Shown: piece by piece, positions 47,901 through 57,748 of the stretch
Layout of the letters: each line of letters begins with the position of its first letter
How positions within the stretch are numbered: position 1 is the stretch's first letter
Assembly (NCBI GenBank): GCA_965203325.1
Contig: OZ241875.1
Span: forward strand, 832,001-896,000
Length of the DNA: 64,000 nucleotides
DNA from: a bacterium
GTDB lineage: Bacteria > UBA8248
Direction of reading: 5' to 3'
Translations under genes and position numbers: made by a program
The notes under the pieces: generated by a model
Seen by the model: only the letters and a program-made list of their open reading frames with translations
What the model was told of the DNA's origin: nothing
Database searches by the model: none

Positions 47901-50900
47901 ATGCCTATGACTTTCGCGTGTTCACTTACTAGATACTTCTTCTTGGTTATAATCACCCTCACTTTCCTCGGCTGCAAAACAGAAGAAACCGTCTCGCTGC
48001 GCGAGGCGAAGACCATCACGACGGAATTCGTGGGAAAAACCTTCAAAGTCCCTCCCCGTTCGTCCGAAGACCTGATCGAATTGGCGGCAAGGTATGATCG
48101 ACCAGCCGCTGTTGCAGGGGATATTGCGAATTTACAACGAGAGGCGCAAGCCGAAGCGAGCGAAACAGTCAAGGCTGACCCAGCTCGCTATATCGCCCTC
48201 CTCAAAGACAGGATGATGAAGCGCTACGAAGTCGGTGATATCAGAGGCTCCGTCGAGGACGCACGTCTGGCGTACCGGATTTATATGCGGTCCGATCCGG
48301 ACATATACGCCGGTGAATTGCTGCGAAGAATCGCATGGCGTGAATTTACGGGCGGAGACTTCAGTGAAGCCCTCCGTATCGCCGAGATGGGGTTGGCGCG
48401 CGCCAACTTCAAAAGCCAACACACAAATCTAGCGCAACTGCTCCGCATGGCGGTGTGGCGCGGGGAGGTCGAAGAGGCAAAGCGATATTTACAAAATATC
48501 GAAATATTACGCTTTGATAAGAAATTTCACAGACGGGTATATGAAGGACGAGAAGCAGTCGCCCGGGCCGAAGGCCGCTGGGTTGATGCGGAACAAGCGG
48601 CGAGAAATTTGGAATCTCACTTACGCGATGTCTACTCCGGTTACTGGGTGCCCCGGAAAGTTACTGATGTCACAGTCTTGATTGCGAATTCTCTCATCGA
48701 GCAGGGCCGTCTCCAGGAAGCAGAGCTGCTTCTTCGTGAACGACTGCTCCACGAACTAAAGCGGTTCGGCTCGTCGCGCGAGACGATCATCGCGGGTCTT
48801 TATGAAAGATTGGGCCAGGTCTATCTCCGCGCCGGTCGATTCGAAGATGCACTGACGCTCGCCCGCCAGTCCTGCGCCATCAGCAACCGGTTGAAACTGG
48901 GTTGGGACGCATCGCCATTCAGGGCATCGGGCGGGCTTACAGGCTGTGTAAATCTGAAGGCGAAGTCACTATTGGTTTTGCGCCGCTTCAAAGCCACACG
49001 AGCGGCGTTTGATGAGATAAAAGCCGGGTTTGGGCGCGTTAACCTCGAAGGTTTCAACAGCTTTATTCGGGACGACCCCAATCGCCTCCTGACCCTGATT
49101 CTGACCGGACCCAAAGCTGATACCGGCACCATCGTCGATGAATTGCTTGCCCGCCTCACTAAAAGGCTAGGTCCGCAGCACTACCAGAGCGCCGAGGCGA
49201 AAGCACTCAAGGCTGCACTGCTTGCGCGCTCGGGCAAGCCTGCGGCTGCTCTGCCACTGTTCCGTAAGGCGTTCTCCGTCATGAGCAGAAACTCGCAACG
49301 CCCCGGTGGAGCCGACGCCGGTTTGGTGCGCCAACGCTTCACCTATTTTTCCGAAATCTATCTCAATGCGATTGCGGAGGTCCTCGCAGGCAAACAGACG
49401 CCCGCGCTCGTCGAAGAAGCGTTTCTTGTCGCCGCCGAGGCGCGCGCGCATCGTGTGAGCGCCGCCGTGTCTGCGAGCGTCTCGCGTAGCCGCATCGCCG
49501 ACCCCGAACTCGCCGAACTCGCCCGCCGGGAGCAAGACGCGCAACGTCAGGTTCGAGCACTTCGTGGATTGTTGGCGAACGCGACCCTACGCGGCGGCTC
49601 GGACGCCACACGCGAGCAACTCAGTACGCGGGTCAATGGCTTGCGGGCCGCCCGCGCCGCGATTGTCAAGGAACTCGAGCAACGCTTCCCGGCGTACGCG
49701 GAGATTATCAACCCGAAACCACCGAGCCGTTCCTCGATTCAGCACGCGCTCCGAGGCGGCGAAGCATTGGTGAGCTTCTACTTCACCGAAAAACGCGGTT
49801 TCACCTTCGTCGTGCCGAAGTCGGGTCCTATTACCTTGGTCGATAGCGGTGTCTCGCGGCGTGAAATCGCCAAGCGAATCGCGCCGTTGCGGGCCGCCCT
49901 GGACCCCGACGCGGCGACGGTGGGAGATATCCCGGCATTCGACGTGGAGGCCGCCTGGACGCTCTACCGGGATATTCTGCATCCGGCACGTAGCGCGCTC
50001 GATGGAGCGTCTCTCCTAGTGGTGGTAAACCACGCCGCGATGGGCCAGCTTCCCCTGGCGGTGCTGACGACCGAGCCTGCAAAGCTCGCCCGCAGCGATC
50101 TACTGTTCGCTGAGTACCGCGGCGCGCCGTGGCTGGTGCGGCGCTGGTCGAGCGCGGTCGTCGCTTCAGAAGCCGCCTTCGTGGCGGGCCGCTCCGTCCG
50201 GCCGCCGCCTTTGCAGCGTCACGAACTTGTAGCGTTTGGTGATCCGGTGTTCCGTAAAGGCCAGACAGCGAAGGTGGAAGTCGCTTCGGCTGCTCCGGTG
50301 CAGAGCCGGGGGCTGAGGCTGCGCAGGCGGAGCATACCCCGTACGCTGCGTTTACGGAGCGCGAACCTTTCCGATCTCTCGCCGCTGCCCGATACGCGTG
50401 AAGAAGTCGAGGCGATCGCCGTGGCGCTCAAGGCGAACCTGGGAGAAGACGTTTTCCTGGGGGCAGAGGCTTCGGAGAAACGGGTGAAGACGACAGACCT
50501 CTCAAACAGGCGTGTCGTCGTGTTCGCGACGCACGGTCTCGTTCCGGGCGACCTCGACGGCCTGAGCCAGCCGGCTCTGGCACTGGCAACGCCCGAGAGC
50601 GGAAGCGAGGACGGGCTGCTCACGCTCTCCGAGATCATGGGGCTTCGTTTGAACGCGGACTTGGTGGTACTCTCAGCGTGCAACACGGCGGCGGGTGACG
50701 GCGCGGGTGCGGAGGCGATATCGGGGCTGGCGCGCGGGTTTCTCTATGCGGGGGCGAGGGCCTTGCTCGTCAGCGGCTGGCCGGTGGAAACGACGAGCGC
50801 ACGGCTTCTCACGACGAAGCTGTTCGAGGGACAAAATAAGGAAAACACGGCGTGGCCGGAAGCGTTGCGCCACGCAAGCCTAGAGCTTGCGGACGATGGC

Positions 50901-50990
50901 ATTTACCGACTCCAGAACGGAAAGGCGGCCTTCTCCTATGCGCATCCCCTGTTCTGGGCCCCATTCTTCATCGTAGGGAGCAGCGGCTGA
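47901..50990 (+). CDS. Lipoprotein with TPR-like repeats and C-terminal CHAT (caspase-like) protease domain
   Basis: Lipobox FLG-C; helical repeats; AFGDP, LPDTREE, catalytic FATHG and VLSACNT, HPLFWAPF. Confidence 0.9.
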   Translation: MPMTFACSLTRYFFLVIITLTFLGCKTEETVSLREAKTITTEFVGKTFKVPPRSSEDLIELAARYDRPAAVAGDIANLQREAQAEASETVKADPARYIALLKDRMMKRYEVGDIRGSVEDARLAYRIYMRSDPDIYAGELLRRIAWREFTGGDFSEALRIAEMGLARANFKSQHTNLAQLLRMAVWRGEVEEAKRYLQNIEILRFDKKFHRRVYEGREAVARAEGRWVDAEQAARNLESHLRDVYSGYWVPRKVTDVTVLIANSLIEQGRLQEAELLLRERLLHELKRFGSSRETIIAGLYERLGQVYLRAGRFEDALTLARQSCAISNRLKLGWDASPFRASGGLTGCVNLKAKSLLVLRRFKATRAAFDEIKAGFGRVNLEGFNSFIRDDPNRLLTLILTGPKADTGTIVDELLARLTKRLGPQHYQSAEAKALKAALLARSGKPAAALPLFRKAFSVMSRNSQRPGGADAGLVRQRFTYFSEIYLNAIAEVLAGKQTPALVEEAFLVAAEARAHRVSAAVSASVSRSRIADPELAELARREQDAQRQVRALRGLLANATLRGGSDATREQLSTRVNGLRAARAAIVKELEQRFPAYAEIINPKPPSRSSIQHALRGGEALVSFYFTEKRGFTFVVPKSGPITLVDSGVSRREIAKRIAPLRAALDPDAATVGDIPAFDVEAAWTLYRDILHPARSALDGASLLVVVNHAAMGQLPLAVLTTEPAKLARSDLLFAEYRGAPWLVRRWSSAVVASEAAFVAGRSVRPPPLQRHELVAFGDPVFRKGQTAKVEVASAAPVQSRGLRLRRRSIPRTLRLRSANLSDLSPLPDTREEVEAIAVALKANLGEDVFLGAEASEKRVKTTDLSNRRVVVFATHGLVPGDLDGLSQPALALATPESGSEDGLLTLSEIMGLRLNADLVVLSACNTAAGDGAGAEAISGLARGFLYAGARALLVSGWPVETTSARLLTTKLFEGQNKENTAWPEALRHASLELADDGIYRLQNGKAAFSYAHPLFWAPFFIVGSSG

Positions 50991-51622
50991 TGAAAATACT
51001 CCTCCTCGTTATTTCGTTTTCACTAACGCTCCCCACCACCGCCGGTGAGGCGACGGAACCCGTGGCAATAGTCGAGGAAGCAAGCGCCGACGCGCCGGTG
51101 AGGATCTTCAGCTATCTCTCGCAAGGCCAGATCATCAATCTCGGTCCCAAAGCGGAATTGTTAATAGGATTTCTTCGGAGTTGTGTTCAAGAACGCGTCC
51201 GTGGCGGAGTCGTTAAGATTGGAGCGGACCGCAGCCACGTCACCAACGGCCAGCGCTCCGCAAAGCCCCTGGATTGCGGAGGTGCGGCGAAGTTGTCCCG
51301 CGCCGAGTCCGAGCGTGGCGCCGCCCTCGTAATGCGCAAACCTCCTGTGCCCGCACCGAAGATTAGGCTCACGTCGACAACTCCCCTCATTGCACCGAGA
51401 CACCCGGCCTCCTCTGTGCGTCTGACACGTCTCGACCGCAGGGAGACCGCCATGAAATTGGCGCTCCGAAGCGGGGTTGCCGACCTTGCCGCCATGGGCG
51501 TTACCCTGCGTCGTGGCGGAACCTATCGCGTCAAGGCAGGTGCGGCGTCAACCGTCGTCAAGATAGCGCCGGATGCCCAAGCCGGAGGCGGATCCATCCT
51601 GGTGCGTCTGCTTTCATTCTAA
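50990..51622 (+). CDS. Secreted hypothetical protein (210 aa, two Cys)
   Basis: ATG overlaps the CHAT stop (TGATG); signal-peptide-like N-terminus; beta-rich sequence. Confidence 0.75.
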   Translation: MKILLLVISFSLTLPTTAGEATEPVAIVEEASADAPVRIFSYLSQGQIINLGPKAELLIGFLRSCVQERVRGGVVKIGADRSHVTNGQRSAKPLDCGGAAKLSRAESERGAALVMRKPPVPAPKIRLTSTTPLIAPRHPASSVRLTRLDRRETAMKLALRSGVADLAAMGVTLRRGGTYRVKAGAASTVVKIAPDAQAGGGSILVRLLSF

Positions 51623-51626
51623 GGCG

Positions 51627-53624
51627 ATGTTCTCGATTCGGCGCGATTTGCCGGCGCCTCTGATTGCGGCGGCAGTCGCCGCGTTATTCCTGTTCTCCGG
51701 GCCCGCCGACTGGCTACGCGGCCCATCGCTTGATGCGCTATTTTTCCTTCGCGCATCGCTCTTCGATACGCCCCGTTCTCACGAACCGCCAATTTCAATC
51801 GTCGCCCTCGACGAGGAAACCTACCGTCGTCCGCCATTTCGCGGCACGCCCAAGGCCCTGTGGACGCCAGAAATCGGCCAAGTCCTGAGCGCCGTTCTCG
51901 ACGGCGGCGCGTCGGTGGTCGGCTTCGACCTCATCATGGCGACCTCGGCGGAAACGCGCCTACCGGGGCACGACCACGCACTCTTGTTGGCCCTCAGGCG
52001 CGGCAGCAAGCAGGGCCGTATCGTACTCGCGCGCGTCCAGCATCAGACCAAGCCAATCAGCCCCTTTCCCGGCCTTGCCATCGCCGCAGGACGCGGGCGC
52101 AACATTCGTTTCGCCAATGTTTTTTTCGATCCAGATGGTGTGGTCCGTCGCGTGCCATCCTTGTTCCGTGTGGCTACACCGCAAGGCGAAGTTTTGGAAC
52201 CGAGCTTCCCACTCGAGATCGCCGCACGCTACCGGGGAGTGACGCCTGAGCAAATCGGAGAGAACCGTGCCGGCCTGGGGAGTAAACCGATGCGCGGAAC
52301 GGCGAAAACCCAAGGTTTGTCGCTCAACTTCCAGTCGGGCTCGACAGCTTATCCGACTTACTCTCTTGCGGATCTCTACGCCTGCGCCAAGGCGGGACAC
52401 ACCGAATTCTTCCGCAAGGCCTTTGCCGGTCAGGTCGTTCTGTTCGGAGCGGTTCTCGACGCCGAAGATCGCCTCCTTACTTCCAAACGCTTTATCACCG
52501 GGGCTGAGCGCGACCGACAGGCCCCACGCTGCGTATACCCGGTCATGGAGGGTCTTTATCATAAGGACGTTCCCAGGCAACTCATCCCGGGCGTGGTCGT
52601 GCAAGCGACGGCAATCGACAACTACGTGCGTAACGCCGGATTGGTTTCGCCGACATTGGTGCCGGAGGAAGCGATTATCATCCTCTTCTCCATCCTGTGC
52701 GCGTGGCTCTTTCAACGGGCGCCCCTTGGCTGGTCGGTGGCGGGTATTCTCATTTTCGGCGCCGCATGGACCATTGTGGCCGCATACACGCTCCGACAAG
52801 GCGTCGTCCTACCTGGCCTAACCCTTGTGGTGGCACTGATTGCCGCCGCGGTCGTCGCCGTGGCGTATCGATATCTCGTCACAGACAAGGACAAGCGCGC
52901 GGTTCGCCATTATTTTTCGATGTACCTCTCACCGACGATCGTCGACCGGCTTATGGCCACCGGCGCCGCCCCTTCCCTCGGAGGAGAAAACCGCGAGGTA
53001 ACGATTCTCATCAGCGATGCCGAAGACTACACGGCCCTGAGTGAGAACATGACGCCCGAGCGCGTCGTCGACCTCGTCAATCACTATTTCGAAGTGCTCG
53101 CAGGCGCAGTCGAACGGCATGGAGGCTTCGTCGACAAATTCATGGGGGACGGCATGCTCGCGGTTTTTGGCGCTCTTATCGATGAGCCTGACCACGCGGC
53201 CAACGCCGTCGCCGCCGCATTGGAACTCCAAGCCCTTACCATTGCTGATTCCAAACTCCTCCGCCCGGACGGCGGACCGCTCCGCACCCGCGTGGGGATT
53301 GCGACGGGGCCGGTGGTGGTCGGGAATATCGGTTCCCGCACACGTCTGAACTATACCGTCATCGGCGATACGGTGAATCTGGCGGCCCGACTCGAATCGG
53401 AAAACAAGGCGCAAGACACATCGATTCTGGTGGCGGAAGATACCGCGCGCGCCGCCGGGCTTGAGGGTTTCGATTTCGTAAGCCGCATTACTGTCCGGGG
53501 ACGAATCGCGGAAGTCGCCGCGTACACGCCAAAACGGCTACCGCCACAACCCGATTCTTCCGAAGTGGGCATACAAGAGAATTCGGCGGAGGCTAAAAGA
53601 GAGATATCACCGGAAAACCAATGA
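51627..53624 (+). CDS. CHASE2-domain class III adenylate cyclase
   Basis: IVALDEET, VGFDL, DPDGVVRR, PGVVVQA, three TM helices, then TILISD, DKFMGDG, YTVIGDTVNLAARLE. Confidence 0.92.
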   Translation: MFSIRRDLPAPLIAAAVAALFLFSGPADWLRGPSLDALFFLRASLFDTPRSHEPPISIVALDEETYRRPPFRGTPKALWTPEIGQVLSAVLDGGASVVGFDLIMATSAETRLPGHDHALLLALRRGSKQGRIVLARVQHQTKPISPFPGLAIAAGRGRNIRFANVFFDPDGVVRRVPSLFRVATPQGEVLEPSFPLEIAARYRGVTPEQIGENRAGLGSKPMRGTAKTQGLSLNFQSGSTAYPTYSLADLYACAKAGHTEFFRKAFAGQVVLFGAVLDAEDRLLTSKRFITGAERDRQAPRCVYPVMEGLYHKDVPRQLIPGVVVQATAIDNYVRNAGLVSPTLVPEEAIIILFSILCAWLFQRAPLGWSVAGILIFGAAWTIVAAYTLRQGVVLPGLTLVVALIAAAVVAVAYRYLVTDKDKRAVRHYFSMYLSPTIVDRLMATGAAPSLGGENREVTILISDAEDYTALSENMTPERVVDLVNHYFEVLAGAVERHGGFVDKFMGDGMLAVFGALIDEPDHAANAVAAALELQALTIADSKLLRPDGGPLRTRVGIATGPVVVGNIGSRTRLNYTVIGDTVNLAARLESENKAQDTSILVAEDTARAAGLEGFDFVSRITVRGRIAEVAAYTPKRLPPQPDSSEVGIQENSAEAKREISPENQ

Positions 53625-53711
53625 GCGCACAAGGATATTTGCAAATCGCAAAACCCCGCAATTGCTCGTACCTCGTTCGGAAAACCTTCCTTCCTCAGCC
53701 GGGTTTGCCCC

Positions 53712-54707
53712 TCACGCCCTTCCCCCGGCCTGCTCGAAGATATCGCGCAACTCGTCCGGGTCCTGCGTATGCGCCAGGGCCACCATGAGCAGGGTCCGGG
53801 CCTTGATGCCGCTGAGATACCCTGCGGATATCGCCCCGCGCTCGAGGAGGCTCAGGAAAGAGCCCTCGTGCGCCTTGGCGCGGTGCGGCGCGCCCGCGAA
53901 GATGCGCACCCCGACCACCACGGGGACCCCCGCGTCGAGCGCATCGCAAAGCGCATGGTAGAAGGGGACGTTCACGTTGCCCGCGCCGACGCCCTCCACC
54001 ACGATTCCGTCCACGCGCGCTTCGATGCACGCGCGCACGAGCAGGTCGTTCACCCCTTGCGTCACGGTCAGGAACTGCACGTTTTCCTTGAGGGCCGACA
54101 CCTCGAAGTGAAGCCGCCGCTCGGGGCGGTAGTGGAAGAAGGCGCCCTCATCCGAGACGACCCCTATCGGCCCGCCGTCTCTCGAGGCGAAGGCGTGGGG
54201 CCGCTGGCTGTGCACCTTGATGACGTCGCGCGCGGCGAATATCTCCCCGTCGAGCGCGACCATCACGCCCCGGCCCCGCGCCTCGGGCGCCCCGGCGATT
54301 TTCGCGGCGTAGAAGATGTTCCTGGGGCCGTCCGCGTCGCGGGCGACGGAATTTCGCATCGCACCCGTGATGACGACGGGCTTCTCCCCGCCCAGCGTCA
54401 AGTCCAGGAGATAGGCCGTCTCCTCCATGGTGGCCGTCCCGTGCGTGACGACCGCCCCCGCCGTCTCCTCATCCGCCAGAACCCCCCGCAGGCGGTCCCT
54501 GAGCGCAAATGCCGTCGCCGTCTCCATCACGTCGCTGGTGACGTTCGAGTGCTCGACGACGCTCACTTCGGCGATGCCGGCAAGTTCAGGCGCCGAAGCG
54601 ATGAGTTCCTCCGCACCCGCCGCCGGGACGTTCGCGCCGCCTCGCGTGTCGTATTTCGACGATATCGTCCCGCCAGTCGTTACGATAGCGATGGAGGGCT
54701 TCTTCAT
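53712..54707 (-). CDS. Asparaginase/glutaminase family protein
   Basis: TGGTI, HGTATMEETA, PVVITGAMR, DGPRN, GVGAGN, KARTLLM. Confidence 0.88.
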   Translation of the reverse strand: MKKPSIAIVTTGGTISSKYDTRGGANVPAAGAEELIASAPELAGIAEVSVVEHSNVTSDVMETATAFALRDRLRGVLADEETAGAVVTHGTATMEETAYLLDLTLGGEKPVVITGAMRNSVARDADGPRNIFYAAKIAGAPEARGRGVMVALDGEIFAARDVIKVHSQRPHAFASRDGGPIGVVSDEGAFFHYRPERRLHFEVSALKENVQFLTVTQGVNDLLVRACIEARVDGIVVEGVGAGNVNVPFYHALCDALDAGVPVVVGVRIFAGAPHRAKAHEGSFLSLLERGAISAGYLSGIKARTLLMVALAHTQDPDELRDIFEQAGGRA

Positions 54708-54820
54708 GGCGTCTCCTTGTCGGTGTTTGAGATTGGGTTCGTGTATGGCCGTGAGGGCGCATTGTGGCCGCAGGCTGAGGCGACTGCAAGGTCAGACGGA
54801 GCAGGCGCAAATTGATTCCC

Positions 54821-54895
54821 GTAGGGGCGGACCCGCATGTCCGCCCGTTGGCGCAAGAGGATAAAGATTCTGTAGGGGCGGCTCGCGAGCCGCCC
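54821..54895 (+). repeat. Two GTAG-family REP-like palindromes
   Basis: GTAGGGGCGGAC-CCGCAT-GTCCGCCC and GTAGGGGCGGCTCGCGAGCCGCCC; related copy near 35587-35608. Confidence 0.75.
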
Positions 54896-54913
54896 GCGCC
54901 TCTTCGATATTGC

Positions 54914-55055
54914 CGTCATTCCGGCGAAAGCCGGAATCCATTTGTTTTGCCTTTGTTCTTCCTTTTTTGATTGGTTCGCGCCAATGACGGGGAGATGAAA
55001 AGCCGCGTATTGCCATTCTGCTTGAAAATGGATTCCGGCTTTCGCCGGAATGACG
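54914..55055. repeat. RPE-like palindromic element with 30-bp perfect terminal inverted repeat
   Basis: CGTCATTCCGGCGAAAGCCGGAATCCATTT (54914-54943) and its exact reverse complement (55026-55055). Confidence 0.85.
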
Positions 55056-55195
55056 TTGGTGGTCAACTCCGAGCGAGGAGGGATTTTTCAACACCCCCTC
55101 GACGGAGAGCATCGCCTTTATCCCCCTGTTAAGGGGTTGTTGAAAAAGTCCCTGAAAGGAAAACCCCATAAAGGCAACCCCCCCTACCCCCCCCC

Positions 55196-55966
55196 TCACA
55201 CAAACCTTCTCACCCCCGGATACACCTCCTCCCTTCTCAGATCCGTCTCGTCGTGTCCGGCGAAGATGAGGTCGGGGGCGGAGGCCAGATCCTTCACGGT
55301 TTCCAGGGCGCGCAGGGCGTCGTCCACGTGGATGTGGATGCCCGGCGGTATCATGGATTCGAGGCTCCGGTAGAGATAGCACGCGTCCACGGCCAGCACC
55401 GCCCAGCCGCGCGCCGTGCGGAAGCGGATGATCTGGTGGCCCGGCGTGTGGCCGCCCGTCCAGTGGACGCGCACGCCGGCGGCGATCTCCGCCTCCCCGT
55501 CCACGAGTTTCATACGGCCGGCTTCAAGCAGCTTCTCCGCTTCTTCGAGGTCGCCCAGGAAATGGTTGATGAAGTGGTATTCCGCCGCGTCGCTCCTCCA
55601 GAAATCGAGTTCGCGCCTCTGGAGATAAAACTGCGCCCCGGTGAACAGCCTCGGCGACATGAAGTGGTCCCAGTGAAGATGACTCACGATGATCGTCTCG
55701 ACCTGGGAGGGCTTGAGATCGAAATTCTTCAGAAGCTCATGCTGCGGGCGGTAGTCGGCGTAATCGGGATTACGCGCCTTCTGGGACTCCTCGCTGAAGC
55801 CGGTGTCGACGACGACCGGCGCGCCATCGCCTTCGGGCATCAGCACCCAGAAGAAATAGGGGAGCGTGCGCGTCCTCCCCGATTCGCTCAAATAAAGAAG
55901 CCAGGAGGCGTCGCACGTGCGCGAGCCCTGGCACAGGGCGTAGAGGTTGTAAGTCGTCTCGCTCAA
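55196..55966 (-). CDS. N-acyl homoserine lactonase-like metallo-beta-lactamase-fold hydrolase
   Basis: VDTGF, SHLHWDH, GGHTPGHQ, D in LAVDA, AGHD. Confidence 0.88.
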   Translation of the reverse strand: MSETTYNLYALCQGSRTCDASWLLYLSESGRTRTLPYFFWVLMPEGDGAPVVVDTGFSEESQKARNPDYADYRPQHELLKNFDLKPSQVETIIVSHLHWDHFMSPRLFTGAQFYLQRRELDFWRSDAAEYHFINHFLGDLEEAEKLLEAGRMKLVDGEAEIAAGVRVHWTGGHTPGHQIIRFRTARGWAVLAVDACYLYRSLESMIPPGIHIHVDDALRALETVKDLASAPDLIFAGHDETDLRREEVYPGVRRFV

Positions 55967-56226
55967 GATGGAAGCCTCCTTGTTGTCCCGCTCGGAAGGG
56001 AATTGTTGAAAAAGTCCGCATAGAGACCGCTCTTAATTTCACTCCTCCCTTGAGGATGAGGCGTAATCAACGAAAGAGGAATTTCACTCCCCCCTTGAGG
56101 GGGAGTCACAGAGGCCGAGCGGTTTATGCGAAGGCCGATGTGGTGGGGGGAGCTTCTATCCGTGGCATGTCCCCCCACCGAATCGCTTGCGGGCTTCGCC
56201 CTTAGCTCTTCGACTCCCCCTCAAGG

Positions 56227-57748
56227 GGGGCTGTTGAAAAACCCCGTTTTGAAGCGGGAGGTATGGCGTCTCACGCAGCGGCGGAGAGGAAGCCCGCGAG
56301 GTGCGTGAGGCCGCCAGGAACGCGCATTCGGCGTCTCAAGGCGGCGCAGGCCCTCCACAGAGCGAATAAACGCGCCGCAACAGCGGCGGCGAGCCGCTTG
56401 AGGTTCACCGCAGTCGCCGTCAGGTAGGCCTGGATCCTTATGTTCGCAAGACCCCGGCGCACCGCCCGCGCCAGGCCGTGCCAACTCTTCGCCTCGCCGT
56501 GATAGCCCTCCGAGCGACCCATGTGCCGGCGCCACAGCCGACCCTCCTCCTCCCCACGGCGCGTGTGGCGACGGCGCGCGCGTAACAGCGCCGGATACTC
56601 ATGCGGAACCAGCACCGTCCTGCTCGTGCGGGACTTCGACAGACAATCGGCCTTGAGCGCGCAGCCCGCGCAATCGCGCGTCCTCGATACATAGTAGCGA
56701 CCCCGCTCCGTCTCCTTCCGGGGGCGCAGCGTCTTGCCCCCCGGACACTTCACCACCTTGTGACGCTCATCGTAGCGGAACAGCTGCAACGGCACCCGGC
56801 TCTGGGAAGGCTCCTTCTTCGCCGGTATCACCGCGTCCACCCCCCGACGCTCCAATGCGCCGTACACCTTCGAGTACGCATAGCCCGAATCCGCCGTCAC
56901 CACCCCGGGCGCGCGCCCCGTGAGCTCGCAAACCGCATCCAACTGCGGCTCCATCATCTCCCGCTCGTTCAACGTCCCCTCCGTCACCGCAACGTCGAGG
57001 ACAACGCCCCGCTCATCGTCCACCACCGCGTGGTGCTTGTAGCTCGGCTCGAACCCCGCCCGAGCGCTCTTGCGCGCCAGGCGAGCGTCCGGGTCCGTTC
57101 GGCTCACAGACCCCGAACCCCCGCCCCGGCCTTTGCCCTTCTTCTCCGTCTCATCCTCCGAATCGTTCTCCCGCACCACCTTCTCCGCGTGGCGCTCCGC
57201 CAGACTCTCCCAGCTCACGTCCGCACGTATCAAAGAGGCGTCCATGTGAACCACCTCTCCCGTCGCCACCTTCGCCTCCACGCAAGCCTGAACCGTGCGG
57301 CGCAATACCTCCTTGAAGCGCTCCTCCCCCCAGCGCTGGCGAATCCGCGTCAGGCTCGAATGGTCCGGCAACTCCTCGTCCAGCCTGTACCCGATGAACC
57401 ACCGGATCGCCAGGTGCGCCTGCGCCTCGCGCAACAGACGCCGGTCGTGGGCGTAGCCCAGCAGCAGGCCCGCCAGCATCAACCGAACCACCACTTCGGG
57501 GTCCAGGCCCGGACGGCCATTGTCCGCGCAATAGCACTCCGCCACTTCCTCGCGAAGCCAGCTCAAATCCAGTACGCGGTCCACCTGCCGCAATATGTGA
57601 TCTTCGGGAATCAACTTCTCCAGCGGGCCGGCCACGAACAAGTCCATCTGCTCGCGCCTCTTGCGATCCAGCATCGAGGGAACTCCCATCTCGGGCGAGT
57701 CGGGATAACTCCATACGATCACAAAACCAAGGGTTTTTCAACAGGCCC
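56227..57748 (-). mobile_element. IS1182-family insertion sequence, about 1.5 kb
   Basis: TIRs GGGGCTGTTGAAAAACCC / GGGTTTTTCAACAGGCCC (17 of 18 match); flanking direct repeat CAAGG; single transposase ORF. Confidence 0.9.
56271..57674 (-). CDS. IS1182-family DDE transposase
   Basis: LIPEDHILR, GRPGLDP, LPDHSSLTRIRQR, MDAS, SRTDPDA, ADSGY, CPGG...CAGCALKADC, EGYHGEAK. Confidence 0.92.
   Translation of the reverse strand: MLDRKRREQMDLFVAGPLEKLIPEDHILRQVDRVLDLSWLREEVAECYCADNGRPGLDPEVVVRLMLAGLLLGYAHDRRLLREAQAHLAIRWFIGYRLDEELPDHSSLTRIRQRWGEERFKEVLRRTVQACVEAKVATGEVVHMDASLIRADVSWESLAERHAEKVVRENDSEDETEKKGKGRGGGSGSVSRTDPDARLARKSARAGFEPSYKHHAVVDDERGVVLDVAVTEGTLNEREMMEPQLDAVCELTGRAPGVVTADSGYAYSKVYGALERRGVDAVIPAKKEPSQSRVPLQLFRYDERHKVVKCPGGKTLRPRKETERGRYYVSRTRDCAGCALKADCLSKSRTSRTVLVPHEYPALLRARRRHTRRGEEEGRLWRRHMGRSEGYHGEAKSWHGLARAVRRGLANIRIQAYLTATAVNLKRLAAAVAARLFALWRACAALRRRMRVPGGLTHLAGFLSAAA

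Noticed and set aside
47901..50990. CRISPR-associated TPR-CHAT (Csx29/Craspase) assignment
   Set aside because: No Cas7-11 gene or array nearby; the protein has a lipoprotein signal and a CHASE2 cyclase context
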